Counted from the first letter of the stretch, positions 38,173 through 53,600 are shown. The stretch is 64,000 nt of DNA from Lytechinus pictus (GCF_037042905.1 NC_087251.1:15998001-16062000); one strand, 5' to 3'. Translations and numbers: made by a program. The notes: generated by a model not told the origin, from the sequence alone.

Positions 38173-38471
38173 CAGTGCCGTACAGATGGAAGGGGGCCTG
38201 AGGGGCAAGAGCCCCCCCCCCCCACAATTTTTCTAGACCAAGAAAAAAAAAGAGAAAAGAAAAGGAAAGGAAAGGAAAGGAAAGGAAAGAGAAAATGGTG
38301 AAATATGATATTATTTTCTGAATATTATGTAAAAATCTATCACAAAATTGAATTTTTGTAATAAAAAGTTCAATTTTTTTGCTTGCTCGCTTCGCTCGCT
38401 CGCAACTTATAAATTTTACGCGATACGCCATATCTAGCCCCCCCTCTTTATTTTGGCTCATTACGTCACTG
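38173..38471. mobile_element. hAT-like non-autonomous element with internal (GAAAG)n and GCTCGCTTCGCTCGC motif
   Basis: CAGTGCCGTA ... TACGTCACTG termini, G/C-run subterminal boxes; flanks TCAACAAG/TTAACATT match only 5/8. Confidence 0.6.
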
Positions 38472-41400
38472 TTAACATTTTATAATGTTATTCTGAAAAG
38501 GTGAAAATGTGGTAATGTGGTTGATTTATTGTCTTTACAAATGTGTCATAAAGTTAAGGAAATTTATTCAACAGTATAAATTCTAACAATGTTATCAAAA
38601 CATTTTGGTTAGATATTCCATTAAAATTGATTCGTTATATTACATTTAATTCTTACACTGAAAGATTTATCTTGATCCGAAATAACATTTTAATCTGATT
38701 TTGTATTATAGATTATCATTCTCTCTGTAAACTTGGGAAGTGGCAAGCCTGTAAGTAAAGCATTAGAAATTTAATGGATAAATATTGAGCTCATATCCAT
38801 TCTTCCTTAACTTGTTTTTTCTTCTCGTCGTGTTTTAAGCAATTTTCGAACGAGTTAATTCCAACAACAAAAAATGTTTACTCACTGTTCAGATGGAGGT
38901 AGCTAGTATGTAATAATAAAGTTTCATCTGTCAAACATTCTTCTTACCCAGTATTATAATTCATAACAACGTTTGAGGCTTTACCAAGTTTTACTCAGCA
39001 AATTAATTCAGCGTATAGCAGCATGAAAGGTATTTTATATGCTTCATGTACAGATCGATTATCTTGGGAGACAGGACTAAAAATAAGACATAAAACTGAG
39101 CACTCGCAAAAATCATCTATTTGAGATAAGCGTAATGTGAATTTAGATTACTTAAATCACTTGAAATTAATTTGAGTTAACATGCACTGTATACATGGTG
39201 TATGTATTTGAATATATTATGCAGTAATATTTTGCTCACATTGTCGGTACCAGAACTTCTGTTGCAGTTATAACGTTTCGGTTTCACAGGCACATTTTCT
39301 CACATTTACATCTCTCGAAAAGTGAATAAAGATTGGATTTAATGGATTTTACCTCAAACATGGTATCAGATTTCGGGAGTGAATAAAAAATCTCAAACTC
39401 TTACTTAGAGCAATAAATAAGGCGCGAAATCGGAGGTGACGTATCAAATTTAGCTGTCCGATATCTCTTAACGTTGGAAGATCGCTAATGTGCAATCGAA
39501 GAATTATTGCACATCTCCCCTTTCTCCCTCCATCTATCATTCTAAACTACCGTGAAAGCTTGCAATGTTTGCCGGACGGCTCCCCGAAAACCAAGAAGCA
39601 TTTAGATGGTGAGGGGCTTGACAGTTACCAAAAACGTTCCACCCTTGCCTGTCGCCTGCGAGACTTGCATCAAACCCAACCGCGGGAGAGCTGGCGGGCG
39701 AACCCAGCAAGACACTGTTGTATCAACACGCCATCCACCTCCACCAGCTGTCGCTATTATTCTATCTTTCAGCACATACGTGATTTATGTTAGGCACCCA
39801 ATGATAGGCATAAAGCACCAAAATACATTTTAAACTAATGTTTTAGGATGCCTGTTCCTCGTATTTAGCCAGTATAGCCAAAGTCTTATACTCCACACCA
39901 TTTTTGTTCCCTTAAGCATGGCTAAACAGTCGCTTCACTTAACCCATATTCTAAAAAGACCAGTTCCAGTGGTCAAAATTCGTCTGGTTAATGCCCTAAG
40001 GCCAGAACAAAGCCGCAAGAAATCATTCCTGAAATCATTTCATAAAGGCGATATTTTGGCCTTTTGGGGGACGATAAAGTCAGCGCAAACCACCACTTTA
40101 AATCGCGGGCGGCGCAGCATGACTTTACATCGTTATCCCGCCTGAGCGGCACTGAAGCGCCATTTCTCCGTTTGTTTTCACGGCTTTTCGGCTCATTTAC
40201 CATCGACAAGTGATAAGGCATGTAGGCTTGCATTATGGTGGGGGAAAGCCTTCTTGTGTAGTTTTTGTGCCGGTGCTGTCAGGCGTGTGTCTATGGGGCT
40301 GTCACTTTTAACTCAGGTGCAGTCAGTGCTAATTGACGCTTTAATTGGGATTTTGGCAAGGATTTGTATTGTATCCTTTTAAAGCAGCCGTGTGTGAGCA
40401 AACACCAGACGCGTTGAAAATCTGTGCGTAATGTCGACTTCATGACGGCTCCGCCCCAAGGTGGTTGGATCGGAAATTCTTCTTCTAATTAAAACAACGC
40501 CAATGTAAATACAAACATAAATGTATAGTGCACTCAAATAAATTTGAAAGTTTCATATATACATTTACAATAATTATTGTTATGAACAAAAAAAAAAGAA
40601 GAAGAAGAAGAAGCAATTAAGCTTTCAATCGTTTGCATGTTGGTGATTATAAATATATAAGTAGACTGTCTTAAAAAGGCTAAGTTTTTATATTCTGATT
40701 TTCTCATTAAATTTGCATTGTAAGTAGTTTTTGTGACACATCGATGCCTTTTGTTGGGGTTTACCATCCATGAAATAAAAATAAACCTACTCTAAATATT
40801 CATTCAAAATTGTCAATAGGTCTAGAGCTAAGAAGTAAATGCAAAGAAGTAAATATAAGCAGCATATCTTCATTAGATGTAGACATAGTGTGAGCCAGCT
40901 TTAATGGAAGTAATCAGCCGTTTTGAATTGCCCGTTTTTTGTCAGTTCTTGCTTTTCACTTTCTATACGGTGGAAATATTAATCTAGAATTTGTGTCAAT
41001 ATCATAATGAAGTCATCTTCATTAGATGTAGACTTATTGTAAATCATTAAAGCGGATAAAGAATGGATGAATTCCTTTAAAGTACTTCTCTCGCTTTTTG
41101 TTTATTCATAATTATATATAAGAAAGTAGAGTGATGCCCAGCGGATTTTATGTTGTGATGTAATCCTTTGTATAATGAATTTGATGATGAATAGAAAATT
41201 GGTTCTAAGATAACTGAAAAATAAAAGATGAAGCTTTATTAAAAGCACGGTAAAATGCTGGAGGTATCCTATAACGTTCCATGTGAAAATGATATCATGA
41301 ATGCATCCGCTATCGTTAAGTGTTTGCTGCAAAAAGTGGCGCCTAGTGTATCGAACGAAATTTCTTGAAACATTTCAAACATTTCCTCCAATTTCGAAAA

Positions 41401-44400
41401 AGGCTTGAATTCGTTACATTCAAGATTGAGTCTGTCATTCCTTGGTTTAGATTTTCAGAAATTGGAGAAATCGAATTCTCAATTTCCGTGACAGCCTGGT
41501 TTGTTTGATTCCCGTGACGTTGTCCTGAATTTACATTATATCCTCTTTAAGACGTTGCTTAAATTATGATCAAGCTTGGATAAAACAGAAACGTGTACCA
41601 TTGTTGGGAAATATTTTGTCAGAAAGAACTTTCATGGGTAATTTTCATGTGATATTTACATTCTATTGAGTGGTTTATCCAAGAAACATACGCGTTCTTT
41701 TTAAGAGATATATCTTCTTTTTTTTTTAAATCTGCAACGCAATTTTAAAAATGTGAGTTGCTAAAGTAAATTTGGGGTATACCCTCCCAAACTAAAAAAA
41801 AATGTCGAACAAAAAGGAGGAAAAGGAAGAAACAAAAAAAAGGTGGAAGAATAAAGGAAATTATAAGGTAAAATGAAAGATTTCAGAACTACTGCATCTT
41901 CTATTTTTTTTTTTACTTTTAGTCCTCTTCTTTCCTGTTTATTTCTCCTTTTCATTCATTTGATTTTTATTTCATTTTATATTCGTTATTTCTTCTTTGT
42001 TTTATATACGATTGGTTGTTGCAAAGTTAATTTAGATCATAGGAGAATCCTTTACATGCATCATTCGCTCGCTTTGCTTGCCCGTATTATCTAGATACAG
42101 GATACTTAAGGAAGCAAACGGATTCTTCAAGCAAGGTGACGAAATTTCGTTAAAAGGGTTATTGTATTTCTTAGCTTGCTGCATTCACGTGTATTCATAG
42201 TTAGGGAAGCAAACAAAATATTTTACCAGGTGATAAAATATATACACCTCTTATTATCTCACAGATCGAGGATGTATCCTTTTCGTGGAAATGAAACTTC
42301 ATAATTACACTTTTAATTTTTTTTTTACTTGCTCGCTGTCCTCGTTCCCCTGTTTCCATTCTTTTTAAAGGCAAACAAATGCAATAAGCAAGGTAAAAAA
42401 AAAGTTTAACAGTACAACATATTTTGGTAAAAGAAAAAAAATGGTTAGCAAGACGATCGAATATACGAATATTTGTCATATTTATGTAGGGGGCCTACAT
42501 TCCTTATTTGATGACGATAATATAATCAAACACATTGTCATTATGAATATATTTTTTCTCACGCATTTCGCTCGCTCGTGAAATCTTAGACTTATCGTAG
42601 GTAAACAATGGCTAAACAAATCAGAGTTCGGAGCATTTGACAGTGATGGAAACCAAATCATCTTTGTTATAAGGCTCATTAATAGATGATATTTTGTCGA
42701 AACAGTTACCATGACAAATTTTAATGATAACCATTTTTATTATAGCAAGGTGCCGAAAACATTTTATTGACTTAATGATGATCCACTTCGTTAATGTTCG
42801 AAATACACTTATAGTGTGTATGCGCGCAATGGAGGAGGCGGGGGGATTATAGTGCAACAAAATTTTCGACACCATCGAGAAGATTGTCGTCAAATCTACA
42901 ATCTTACAACCACCACCAATCATGTCGCCCTAGCCAAGCAACTGGCTAGAAACAGTCTACCGTGAGACTCGCCAATAAAAATATGTATATCCAATGAATT
43001 CATTTATTTGTACCATTCACAAAAGGAGTAAAAAATCTTCAAATATAGATTTTCTGTACATTTTGTTTCCGATTGTGACAACGTTGACAGCCAAAGACAG
43101 TGTTGACAGTAGTCTCTTTAATTTTGAAAGTTGCAATCAACCTTCGTTTCATGTTCGATGTTACAATTGGGTCATCGCCGCAATATATATAGTTTTAATC
43201 ATCGTGTCAATTCGATTACACACAGATGTGTTGTTTTCTACTTCTAATTCTCTTGTAGATATTCTCATCGCACATGACACTTAATTTGCTGAAGCCTCGA
43301 CAGCCATCTCTTAAAACAATACAGGCGAGTTGACGCTGTCGAGATCTTAATTGCATCTCTCAAAAAACCTCTCGAAGGTAGGAAGGAAGGACGGAGAAAA
43401 AGAGTTATGAAAATATCGAATGAATCGCCCATTCGTCCACGGTTGAGAAATATAAGAAGAATAAAATAGCCTCCTCGGTTTTTCAACGTTTATGATAAAC
43501 ACCGTGGAAAGCTCTAGATGAGTTTATGTTTCATCAAAGCACGTATCGTCTTAATGGATTAGGTCGATGTATAGAAGCGACATATTGTTAATAGTTATAG
43601 ACATAGTTGTTATATCACGGTAGATTATAGAGGTTTCAACATCTTAGTTATTTGAAATAATTAGCGAAAGTATAAACGTATTCTGAAATCGTTATTTTAA
43701 GTGGAGCAAAGGCAAAAGACAGCTTTAACTTGTCAGAAAAAAAAGTGATAAATGGTCTCTAAATTTCACCAATTTTGATAAGTTTAATAGGCTATAGGTG
43801 GCAGGGAGTCGTGGGGCGGTGTAAAAACTCTTCAATGCAAAAATGTCTATTGTTACCATGAATATATACGCATGCATGTCCCCTTAGAATTTTAACGGAG
43901 CAAGCAATGATATTTTGCACTTAAATGGGCCGTTCATGGAGTGACCCATTTACCAATCATGATGTATTTCCCTTTTCTGTGCAGTTTCCATTCATTCCCC
44001 CTAAGACCCCACCCTCTCCCCTCTCTCCATCTTGTTATCACCCCCCCCCCTCTCTCTCTCTCTCTCACTTTGTTTCTCTCTCTCACTTTATAAATACATT
44101 CCTTTCTGTTCAACGTTTTCCCGCCTTAATCATATTTTGACATAAATGCTCTCAAGTCGGATAACTGTTGAGGTAAATTTCGAAAAGCTGATTGAGCGTG
44201 AAGTTGAAAAGGGTGCTGTGAGTCGGTCTCGTATTCATCTCGTCACATTCTTGTGTGTGCATTGCGTGTTTGGCGCGCTTACCAATCCCTCAATCTTTCT
44301 CTGTATGTAAGCTACGAGGCCGTATCAGCACATCGCTTCAGATTGGAGTACTTCTGCTTCAGCTAAAATGAATAAATAGGACTTAGTTAGATTTAAAGAT

Positions 44401-47400
44401 GAAGGAGAGCTGGAACATGGGTATTTTAATGTATAAAGACATTTGAAATTATTAATCATACATTGATATCTAAGGTAGATGATAAAACAGTATTATGTCC
44501 AGTTGTCAATTTATGACGTATATTTGTGTGAGCTTCAATTATTGTTCATCTGGCTAAAGTTAAAAACACAATGCAAAATTCCTATCATTACCAAATCGTT
44601 ATTTTTACTTTTTTGTATTTATTGATCAATCAAGTGTTGACAATATTTTCCATACAATTCATAAAATAATCGGAAAAAAGGATAACATGACAATAAATAC
44701 ATTAATGGTAAAGAGATAAGAATAAACTTCCTATACAGTATAAAAATAATTTAACAGCTCATGTACAAACAGGAACCAGATTTTATATCAAATTAACGTT
44801 TCTTGACACTATAGGAGAAACTTGAATGATATATTAGGTAAATAATTAGATTTTTTTCTTTCTTTCCTTTTTATTCCAGAGAATAAAAAGAACCTTTAGT
44901 TCATTATAATTATGAACAAAAACAATAACGAATCAAATTATTTTTATATAATTCTTTTACATACATTAATTCTTTTACATAATTCTTAATACATTTTTTC
45001 TACATAACATACAATATTTTATAAATGAAAAAGTAATGGTGATGCCTACTTCATGAAATAATTTAAAAACAACGACCATTTCTGATGAAATTTCTCGCAT
45101 TGATTATTTTTTCATCAAAATGTACTTTTCAACAACAAAATATCTCTGAACTTCACTTTTAAGGAGATCAAAACTTGGTAATTTATTATTCATTTTCATT
45201 TTATATATGTGAAAGCGACAGATTAATAGAATAGTATTTAGAGCAACAAAAAAATAACTATTTCCAAATAAACACAATTCTCGATCAAACTGTGAATAAT
45301 TAGATAGTATTAAAGTTTGGCGGTGAAATAAATATGAACAAGTTCCATGCTAATTTTATTTTACGAGGATAAGAAACCAAGGCACATTATTTTTTTTAAT
45401 TTAATTAAAGCTTTTTTTTATATATATAGCTTCATTTTCATTAATCAACTATAGAATATCCAAAATACTTTAATGATTCTTATAGATAAATACTGAAGCA
45501 AGTCAACTGTTATAATAAAAGCAGATACGAAATTAAGTGTGTTAATACGAATGTATAATTCGTGTCAATTGTATAATTGTATTAACTAGGTAATATGTCT
45601 TCATGAATGTTTGTCTGGATTAATATTGCACAAAATGGAAATAAAATAAATGAGGAGCTACCTTTACAATTCAATACTTCTGAAAATGAAATTTCTTTAT
45701 CAATTTGTTTTTGCCAAGTTTATATTTTAAATTAATTGAATTGATTTTTTTTCGCATTCTTAAAAACAACCATCGTTTTAAATAAACAATCATCTTTTAT
45801 CAGCAGCTGCACTCACAACTTATCGAATTTAGTTTTAGCAAAAATGCTAAAAAATGATACTTTTTAATGATCTGAAAAAGTGTGCCAAGAAACTTAACTG
45901 CGGAGTATAAGAAATTAAATGTTTAGTTTCTTTATTTCTTATTCTGCACAAGGACGATTAAAAATGGTAATAACGAACAGGAGAGAATCGGGCCTATGTT
46001 GTCGTAGATAAAGAACTGTGCTAAAAAGAGTGAATAATTAAAAGAAAGGGGTATGAAATATTCTAGACTTAATGCGATCATCCTTTTGGGGGCTAATATA
46101 AAAACATTTTTTTAAAGACTTATTACTTATTACTTATTGTGATAACGATTTTTTTCTTCATCATTTTGTGAAGATATCAATGTTGAACATAATTGTTATA
46201 AGATATATAGGGTGAAAGTTATGGTGAATATAAAACAATTTTGTCTTCTTTTGAATAAGAGAATGGAGGCGTAGATCAAAGATTGTCTGTGAGATGGCTC
46301 CATATAGCAATAAAGAATTTAGGGATGCAACGACATGGTATATCTTGAGCCAGGGTATAGGAGGGCGATCGATGTTCCAACGCTGCATCCTTAATTGGGC
46401 CTTTCTCTGACATCCCATTACAGTTCCGCTCTATCGCAGAAAATAGAAGGAGGAAGAAAGACAGAAGAAAGAGGTCCAAAGAGAAGAAAGAGACATTTTA
46501 TCAAGGGCTTTTTATATTTTGTGCTCCGAGCAAATAGCTGGAAAAGTTGACAACCCATTTCCCGGCAGTATCATTTGATGTTAGTAATCGATGGCAGGTT
46601 TATTGAAGCTAGCGCCGCATCGCACCACGAAATGAAGTTTACATAGGAGAGATAGATGGTAAGAAGGAATGGAGAGAGAGGGGCAAAATCAAATGGATGG
46701 ATAAAGAGAGAGAGAAGAAATAAAGGGAGAGGGGATGAGATACAAAGCGAGAGGAGCGAAAGACGTGAAGAGAGTTAGATTTAAACAGATAAGATGAAAA
46801 AAATAGCTAGATGGATTAACAAGATTGATAGATAGAAAGAAAGAAGATAAAGGGAGAGATAGAAGAGTAGAGACGGATAATGAAATATTAAATAGCCAAG
46901 AAACTATTGTACTTTGACTAAATAATGTGACTGATGGAGCGACAAAAAAAAGAAAGAGATAAACAAGTTGAAATGTTTAACAAAGTTATATCAGAAATGG
47001 GTATGTAATACAAAATATTATCTTTTACAAATTTGAAATAAAAAAATGTTGGTAAACAACATTGTTATTAAACAAACAGACACAAAGAGACAGAGATACT
47101 CGATTTTTTTCTAGAAATAATAATTTTTTTGTTGATGAAGAATAAATTCCTGCATTTAACAGTAAAAGAAAAGTAGCTGATCGGCGAGTTTTGTCTTTTT
47201 TTATTTGACCACGCGTTTTCACAGTGCCATAAAAGAAAGGTTAAAATGAATTTTAAAAGAAACATACATGAAAAATCGGCAAGTATGGATTTTCATGAAT
47301 AAAATGAAGTTCGGGAACCTTAGAATGGAACATTAAGGCAATTTATGAAGTAAAACATACATTCAGAAAATGTCGATACTATTGTACAGTGAAAGAAGGA

Positions 47401-50400
47401 AGAAAAGGGCATGACGAACGACAAACTAAATGAAAAGCTGAGAAACTTGAAGAGAGATATAGGGGTAAAGAGTGTCTTCGAGATGGGGTGAGGGGTAATA
47501 GGAAAGAGAAGGATTGTCTGTAATGCGGACAGGTAGAGGATGCCTGAGGATATGGCGAAATTAGCTCCATCGTGTTCGGAAGAAGAGATGCTCTACACCA
47601 AAAAGCCCGCGTTCGGCCTCAGGCAACATCATTCCTAATGCGTAATATTAGCCTTGTATCGAATAGACATTAACACGGTGCGAGCATATTAAAACCCGGC
47701 TTCGATCAGAAGTCAGGGGGAGAAGATGGAGAGGGAGAACAAAAATCGAAGAGTGACGACGATAATTTGAATTCTGAGTGATAAAAGGGGAAGAAAAGGA
47801 GAAGGTGACGGGAAAGAGAGAGGGAGAAAAAATGCGGAGTATCTCCTTTTATTCGGTGTTTTGGTCGAGCCAAGCCTCCGAAGAGTCTAAATCGTTTTAG
47901 CTTGGACGATCAATAAGAAGTACAGATAGAAAATACCGCTTGGCAAAACATTACAGTGAGTGAACAATGCCTTTTTGCCTTAATGATTTGAAAATTGATA
48001 CCGACTAAGGGCATCTGAGGACAGAAGAGTTCGCTGCTGCCCCCTTTAATGTCATTAGAGAAAATAAGGCGTGATGAAGAGTGAATTAGGAATGTGTCAA
48101 CCGTATCAAGAGGGAGCAACAAAATTAATTTGATCAAACCACGCTTTCCACTTGAGATTAGTAATTAATGACCACTGATATATAATTTATCATCACCTTC
48201 AAGAAAATTAGATTGAAAAGATTAATATGTTACCAAATTATCTATTTCATGATTGATAAGTGAACAGCATCAAGTAAAAAAAGGAATAAAGAGTGTCATC
48301 AACAATATTGATATTGATTGCTGATACAACATTTAATTTAATGAATGTCATCGTTGTGTAATAAATTAACATTGCTCTGTAGTAAACATTCCCCTTGTAT
48401 CATTAATCGAGAAAACAATTTCTCCAAAATATACCAGTGAATGGGACAACATGATTCTAACTTCAGCATTATTGTCGACATTGAATATAGAGCTTTAGAG
48501 AAGATTGAATTACATTTTTGTGAGGCGCAACAAATATAAAAATGCGATTTTTATTTTCGTCTTAATCAGAAGCTCCGGGGCATAAGCTACGTTTTCTGAT
48601 GCTTGGTATGCACAAAATAAAAATCTGAATATTATGAATCTGAATCTTAATATAACTCAAAGTGTTTAGTGTTTTACCGGTATGAATGTAAAGTGTTATA
48701 TAAATGTAACTGATTATATTATACCATCAAATCTAATTTCTGCAGCATTAATATTTCATAACTAAATGCCTGTTGTACAATCTATTGTTTCGATTTAGAA
48801 AGTACAATCCCAAGAGTGTTTCACAAGTTCCTTTATATTGCGTATTTTTCATTTATCGTAATTTCAAATTCGATATCAGTGTTAAATTGTTTTAATTGCA
48901 TTGGGTAAATACATTAGAGTATACTAAATGTAACTGAATGCGTAAGTGGCTTAAACAAATCCATATGCAGGCATGTTATTGGAATAAAAGATGTAAGAAA
49001 GACCAAACATTAGTAAAGATGAATCTGACAGACCCCTTATAATGGCAACAACGAGGAAGCAACATGTAACAAAATACCAAACGAAATTTGACATTGTATT
49101 CATGGTTAAGTTATTTAATCGCCTCAATATCAATAGTATGAAAACCAAATCCAGGCGACAAATTGGGCCTCTTTATGCATGCGATTACACTCCGCCCTTC
49201 CATAGCCTGAAGATCTGAAACCAAATATGTAATTGATATGGGTCATGGAACAGATTGGTCCGCAGTCCTACGTTGATAGGGGTGTAAAAAAAGAGCGAGA
49301 TGAGGGGTGCAAGGTTGGAGTTTTACTGACAAAGTATTTGGATAGGAAAATGAAGCGATGGCATTAGCTGTAACATCGAGGATGGAAATATACTTGCACA
49401 AGCCTTCAAGGTACGTAGGCCTATATACTTGTCATACAAAATATTACGAAAGTAATGCCGAGAGATATTCATACCTGCTCATTGCGAGAGTCCGGGATGA
49501 AGAGATTTACGGATACAGGGGTAGAGGGAGGGAACGGAATGGAGAGAGAGGGGGGAGAAAAGTGGGTGGGGGAAGCGTGCATGGGAAGAGGAAACTCCGG
49601 TAAAGAAGAGTATAGGAGGTTCGTCGAGGCGGTTGAACAGATTTTAGCCGACTCAACCAGGTAGCTCGCATTTCTGCCGCCGGCTATTGGAGCTCTAAAC
49701 TCTTTCAGTGGTTTGGTGACAAGTAAAAAAAAAAAAAAAAAAAGAGGAAAGGGAACAAGTACGAAAAAACCCTTTTTGGTACTGGTAAACGGTCCCTCAT
49801 GAAAGTCGATACGGCGACTTAGCCGCATCACCAATATTCACCATATTGTGCCCCGCAAGAAAATTCTCCATGTAAGTCATATATTTGGTCTTGTATCATT
49901 TTCGATTTACCATGGAATCATAAAGAGTGATTAAGAAACTGTCAAGATGGCCAATCATTCCCCCATATTTGCTTTTATGAACAAGATTTAATTTCAATGG
50001 CAGATGAAAGAAGGTGCGCCGCTATACTGGGAGACAGTAGCACCCCATGAATTTTCAAGTAGTGAAAAAAGAGCAAAAAGAAGGAAAATAAAAACAAAGC
50101 TTTAACAAAAGGAAGAAAAATAAGAAATAATTAAAAAGGTAAAATACTCCTATTTATTAACCAAACAAATGAAAAGTATAATAAAATCCTACCTCTGCTT
50201 GCATTCTCTCCATGAAAAAATTGCGCCATTCTCATGTGAAAACAGAAAAGTTTACTTTTGAGTATATATAATGAAACGATGGGAAGACAACAGTCACTGG
50301 AAAGGGGACGAATTTTTATTACCGATTATTCTGCCTTGAGATAGTCGTCAATATGACTCCTAATTCTTAAGATATTTGTTGAATAATAGTCATAACATCT

Positions 50401-50498
50401 TTGTCCCTTAATTTGTTTTGTCATTAAACAGTTCTTAATTGGAATTTTTATCTTGAGTTAAAGCTTTTAACTTAATATGACATTCCTTACCTTGTTAA

Positions 50499-50694
50499 CA
50501 CTTTTAAAATGTAGGGCAATATTATTGTCCACACAGCAATTGTTTAAAAAAATTGTCCAACTCTGGGTAGTTTTCAACCATTACGTTGTAGTTTTCACCC
50601 AAATCACACATTATTGGTTTAAAACTACCCATAATTGGATAAAGTTTTAAACATTGATTTGTGGACAGTAGCTTGCCCAACATTTTTAACAGTG
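50499..50694. mobile_element. CACT-ended MITE, same family as 37177-37387
   Basis: CACTTTTAAAATGTAGGGCAA..TTGTCCAC ... GTGGACAGTAGCTTGCCCAACATTTTTAACAGTG. Confidence 0.75.
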
Positions 50695-53600
50695 TAGTTT
50701 AGCAAAAGTTACAATGGAACGATATCTCTAACTAAGGCTCTTACCTCTGGAAAATTGTCTTCAGTGACATATAAGATGTAAGTTTTTAGAGAAATAAAAA
50801 AAAATAAGAGACAATGATATCTCTTTACATCTATTATCAAATGTTTAAAGGAACGTATATAGAATAATGTTGACGATTATTATACTTGATAGGAAAAGCA
50901 AGATAAGTATACAAGAACATGAAATCTGACTGATATAACCGTATAAAATATATATATGTTGAATTCATCACTAAAAATGCAAACGATTTCCTTTTCATTA
51001 TAAATTTAGAATTGCGACTGAAGTGAAATACTTTTACAACAGTTTGGTAAGAACTATGAAATATGTGATAAGTATTACGTATTGAAAAATATTGATTATT
51101 TCAATTCTTTCCTAAAGCGACCCTGTGACCTGCCTGAGAACATAAATTGATATTGTGATTTAGTCTGAATTAACTGTCAGCGCTGGTATAAATTCGGGGG
51201 TATGCAACCAAAAAGATGGACAAACCGTGCTTTCATTTACAGAAATTCTCGTTTGAAAACGAAAAGAACAGAAACACGCAGGGGAGGAGAAGGGAATTGA
51301 ATTCATACTCGATGCATTCCCGAGTGACAGTGATAAAAAGTGATTATTAGGGGTTATGAATAGTTGATTATTCGAAGAAAAGATTGGGGTGGGCAATATG
51401 TCGCCAGTACTGAACGAGCAAAGAGCAGCGCACTGTTTAAACTTGTCCAACAAAAGATGTGCTCAATGCGAGCATATGGTGCGGCTTTTAAATTTCAAGT
51501 GGGGATCGCACGTGCTGAGATATCGCATCCGAACACGCTAAAATACCCAGCGCGCCCCCAAAATTGTTTGAGATCCGGAAAATGTGGCAGAAATATATCT
51601 GGTTAGAAAAAAAAGAAACTGATAATGAAAGGTTTCTTATTCATGTGCGTATAGAGCTTAAATGGAGGAGGATCCATTTGTGCAGTGGAGTAAAAAAATA
51701 AAAAGAAAGTCGCATTTGTTTCGTCATCTCCGCCAGGATTGTCGGTTTAGTACAGGTCACATGCATCAGAGTGTGTAACTTTCGTCTGATTTCTTTATCT
51801 CACTAAAACTCAAAGAAATAAACTTTGGAAACTTATAAACAGGTCTATAGAGAAAAACTATACAAAAGATTGAAAATCAACAACTCTGACCAACAGTGTG
51901 TAGCTACCCCGACGAAGGCCTATTGATGAGATGTGTTTTTTTTTCCAATAAATATTCAAGGATTGAGGAATCGAGAGGAAGAACTCCATAGAGAGCAAAG
52001 CAAATAAAATTTCATTTTAATTCAAAGACCTTCATACAAAATTGACAAGCGGGATAATTTACCTGCCCAGCATATCAGGGAGTTTTTGCTCCGTGTCGCA
52101 TGACGGATTCAAGAACACACGAAATGTATTGAAAATGCCTGACAAAACAATGAACAGCTTATAGAGGCCTTTGTCGACAATAATTAGTGAAAAGGACCAG
52201 TAGTTTCTTCCTAAGTTTCGGAGCTGACAAAAATTGCAAATATGTCGTTTGTTCATAATTTAGGACGAAACTGCTTTTTTTTTATTCACCAATTTCCGAA
52301 AAAGACTGCTTTGTTATTTAGGGACCCCGGGGAAGAACAGGTTGGCTATTAATATAATAGCCAATCTAAAACGGGTCTATCCCTGCGATATATAATTTTG
52401 TATGACATGCATTGTTAAGTTTGATTATTGTTACATTGTTATATTGTATGTAATTATTTGATCATGTAATGTTTATTTTGTTTATATTCATGTGTTTTTT
52501 TAAAGCGTGAATAAAACCAAACCAAACCAAATCATTCATTATCATGAAAAATACATTTCGACGTTCGTGAATCCGTTGCGTCGTCGATCGAAAACTCTTA
52601 TTTTTTCGATTGACGAAGTCTGAATATACCTTACTTTTTCATGACTACGGTCTACTCTGAAATAAAGAATGGTAAGCATTAGAGAAATGAATGACATTAA
52701 AGGCTATCGCTTTACGCTTTAACAAAATTATCATCAATTTCTCTCCAGCCTGTCATAATATGCTTTATGTCAGTATAACATACGTCGTCACGGCTTTAAA
52801 GCGATTTTCGGCTTCTTCTATACGATGATTGTGCGCGCATCTTTGGACAGGTCGGCGCGCAGTCAAATTACAAGCCAGATGGGGCCTGTCGATGTGTGTA
52901 AACATTTGCTCCAAATTCATACGCTGGCATGTATGTGGAGCAAGCCAATTTCTAGGCGGCGTGCAAACTCGCAAAACGCTATTTGAACTTCGGCTTACCA
53001 GAAATTGAAACAGTGATTTATGCAATATTGCGTCGGAAATTTGAGGAAATCATAAAAGCTCATGCGCTGATTTTCAGGAACTGGGCGCAAATTTACATCC
53101 AGCGCGATATCAGTGTGTATTCGGTCTTTAGCATCCGAAGTTCTGTCTGAGCCATAATCAGTCAGTCGGGCTAAACTAAAGTCGAATTCGGCCCAAAGCT
53201 GAAAAGAAAACCAACCGCCGTCTGTCGGGAATAGGAAACCACTCCCCCCCCCCCAAAAAAAAAGGGGGGAAATACGGGAAAACCCATTAGCTACATGCAA
53301 AACACTTCCTCTAACTTTCTGATGCATTCAGAAAATCTTCATAAATTTGATACAGTTATTCAAATATAAAACATACGGGGTTGATGCCCTCAAGAATAAG
53401 AGAGGGTGGGAATGTCACAATGGGTCAGTTTGGATTGGACATGTACCACTGGACATCGTACACCGCCCGCTGGACATACTGGACACAGATATCCGACTCC
53501 ACGCAGATCGCCATCACAAAGCTGTCACATATTCATGATCACACTTACTTTACACGCTCGTGTGCCACCGAGAGTCCATCCTAATATACCCTTCCACCAA

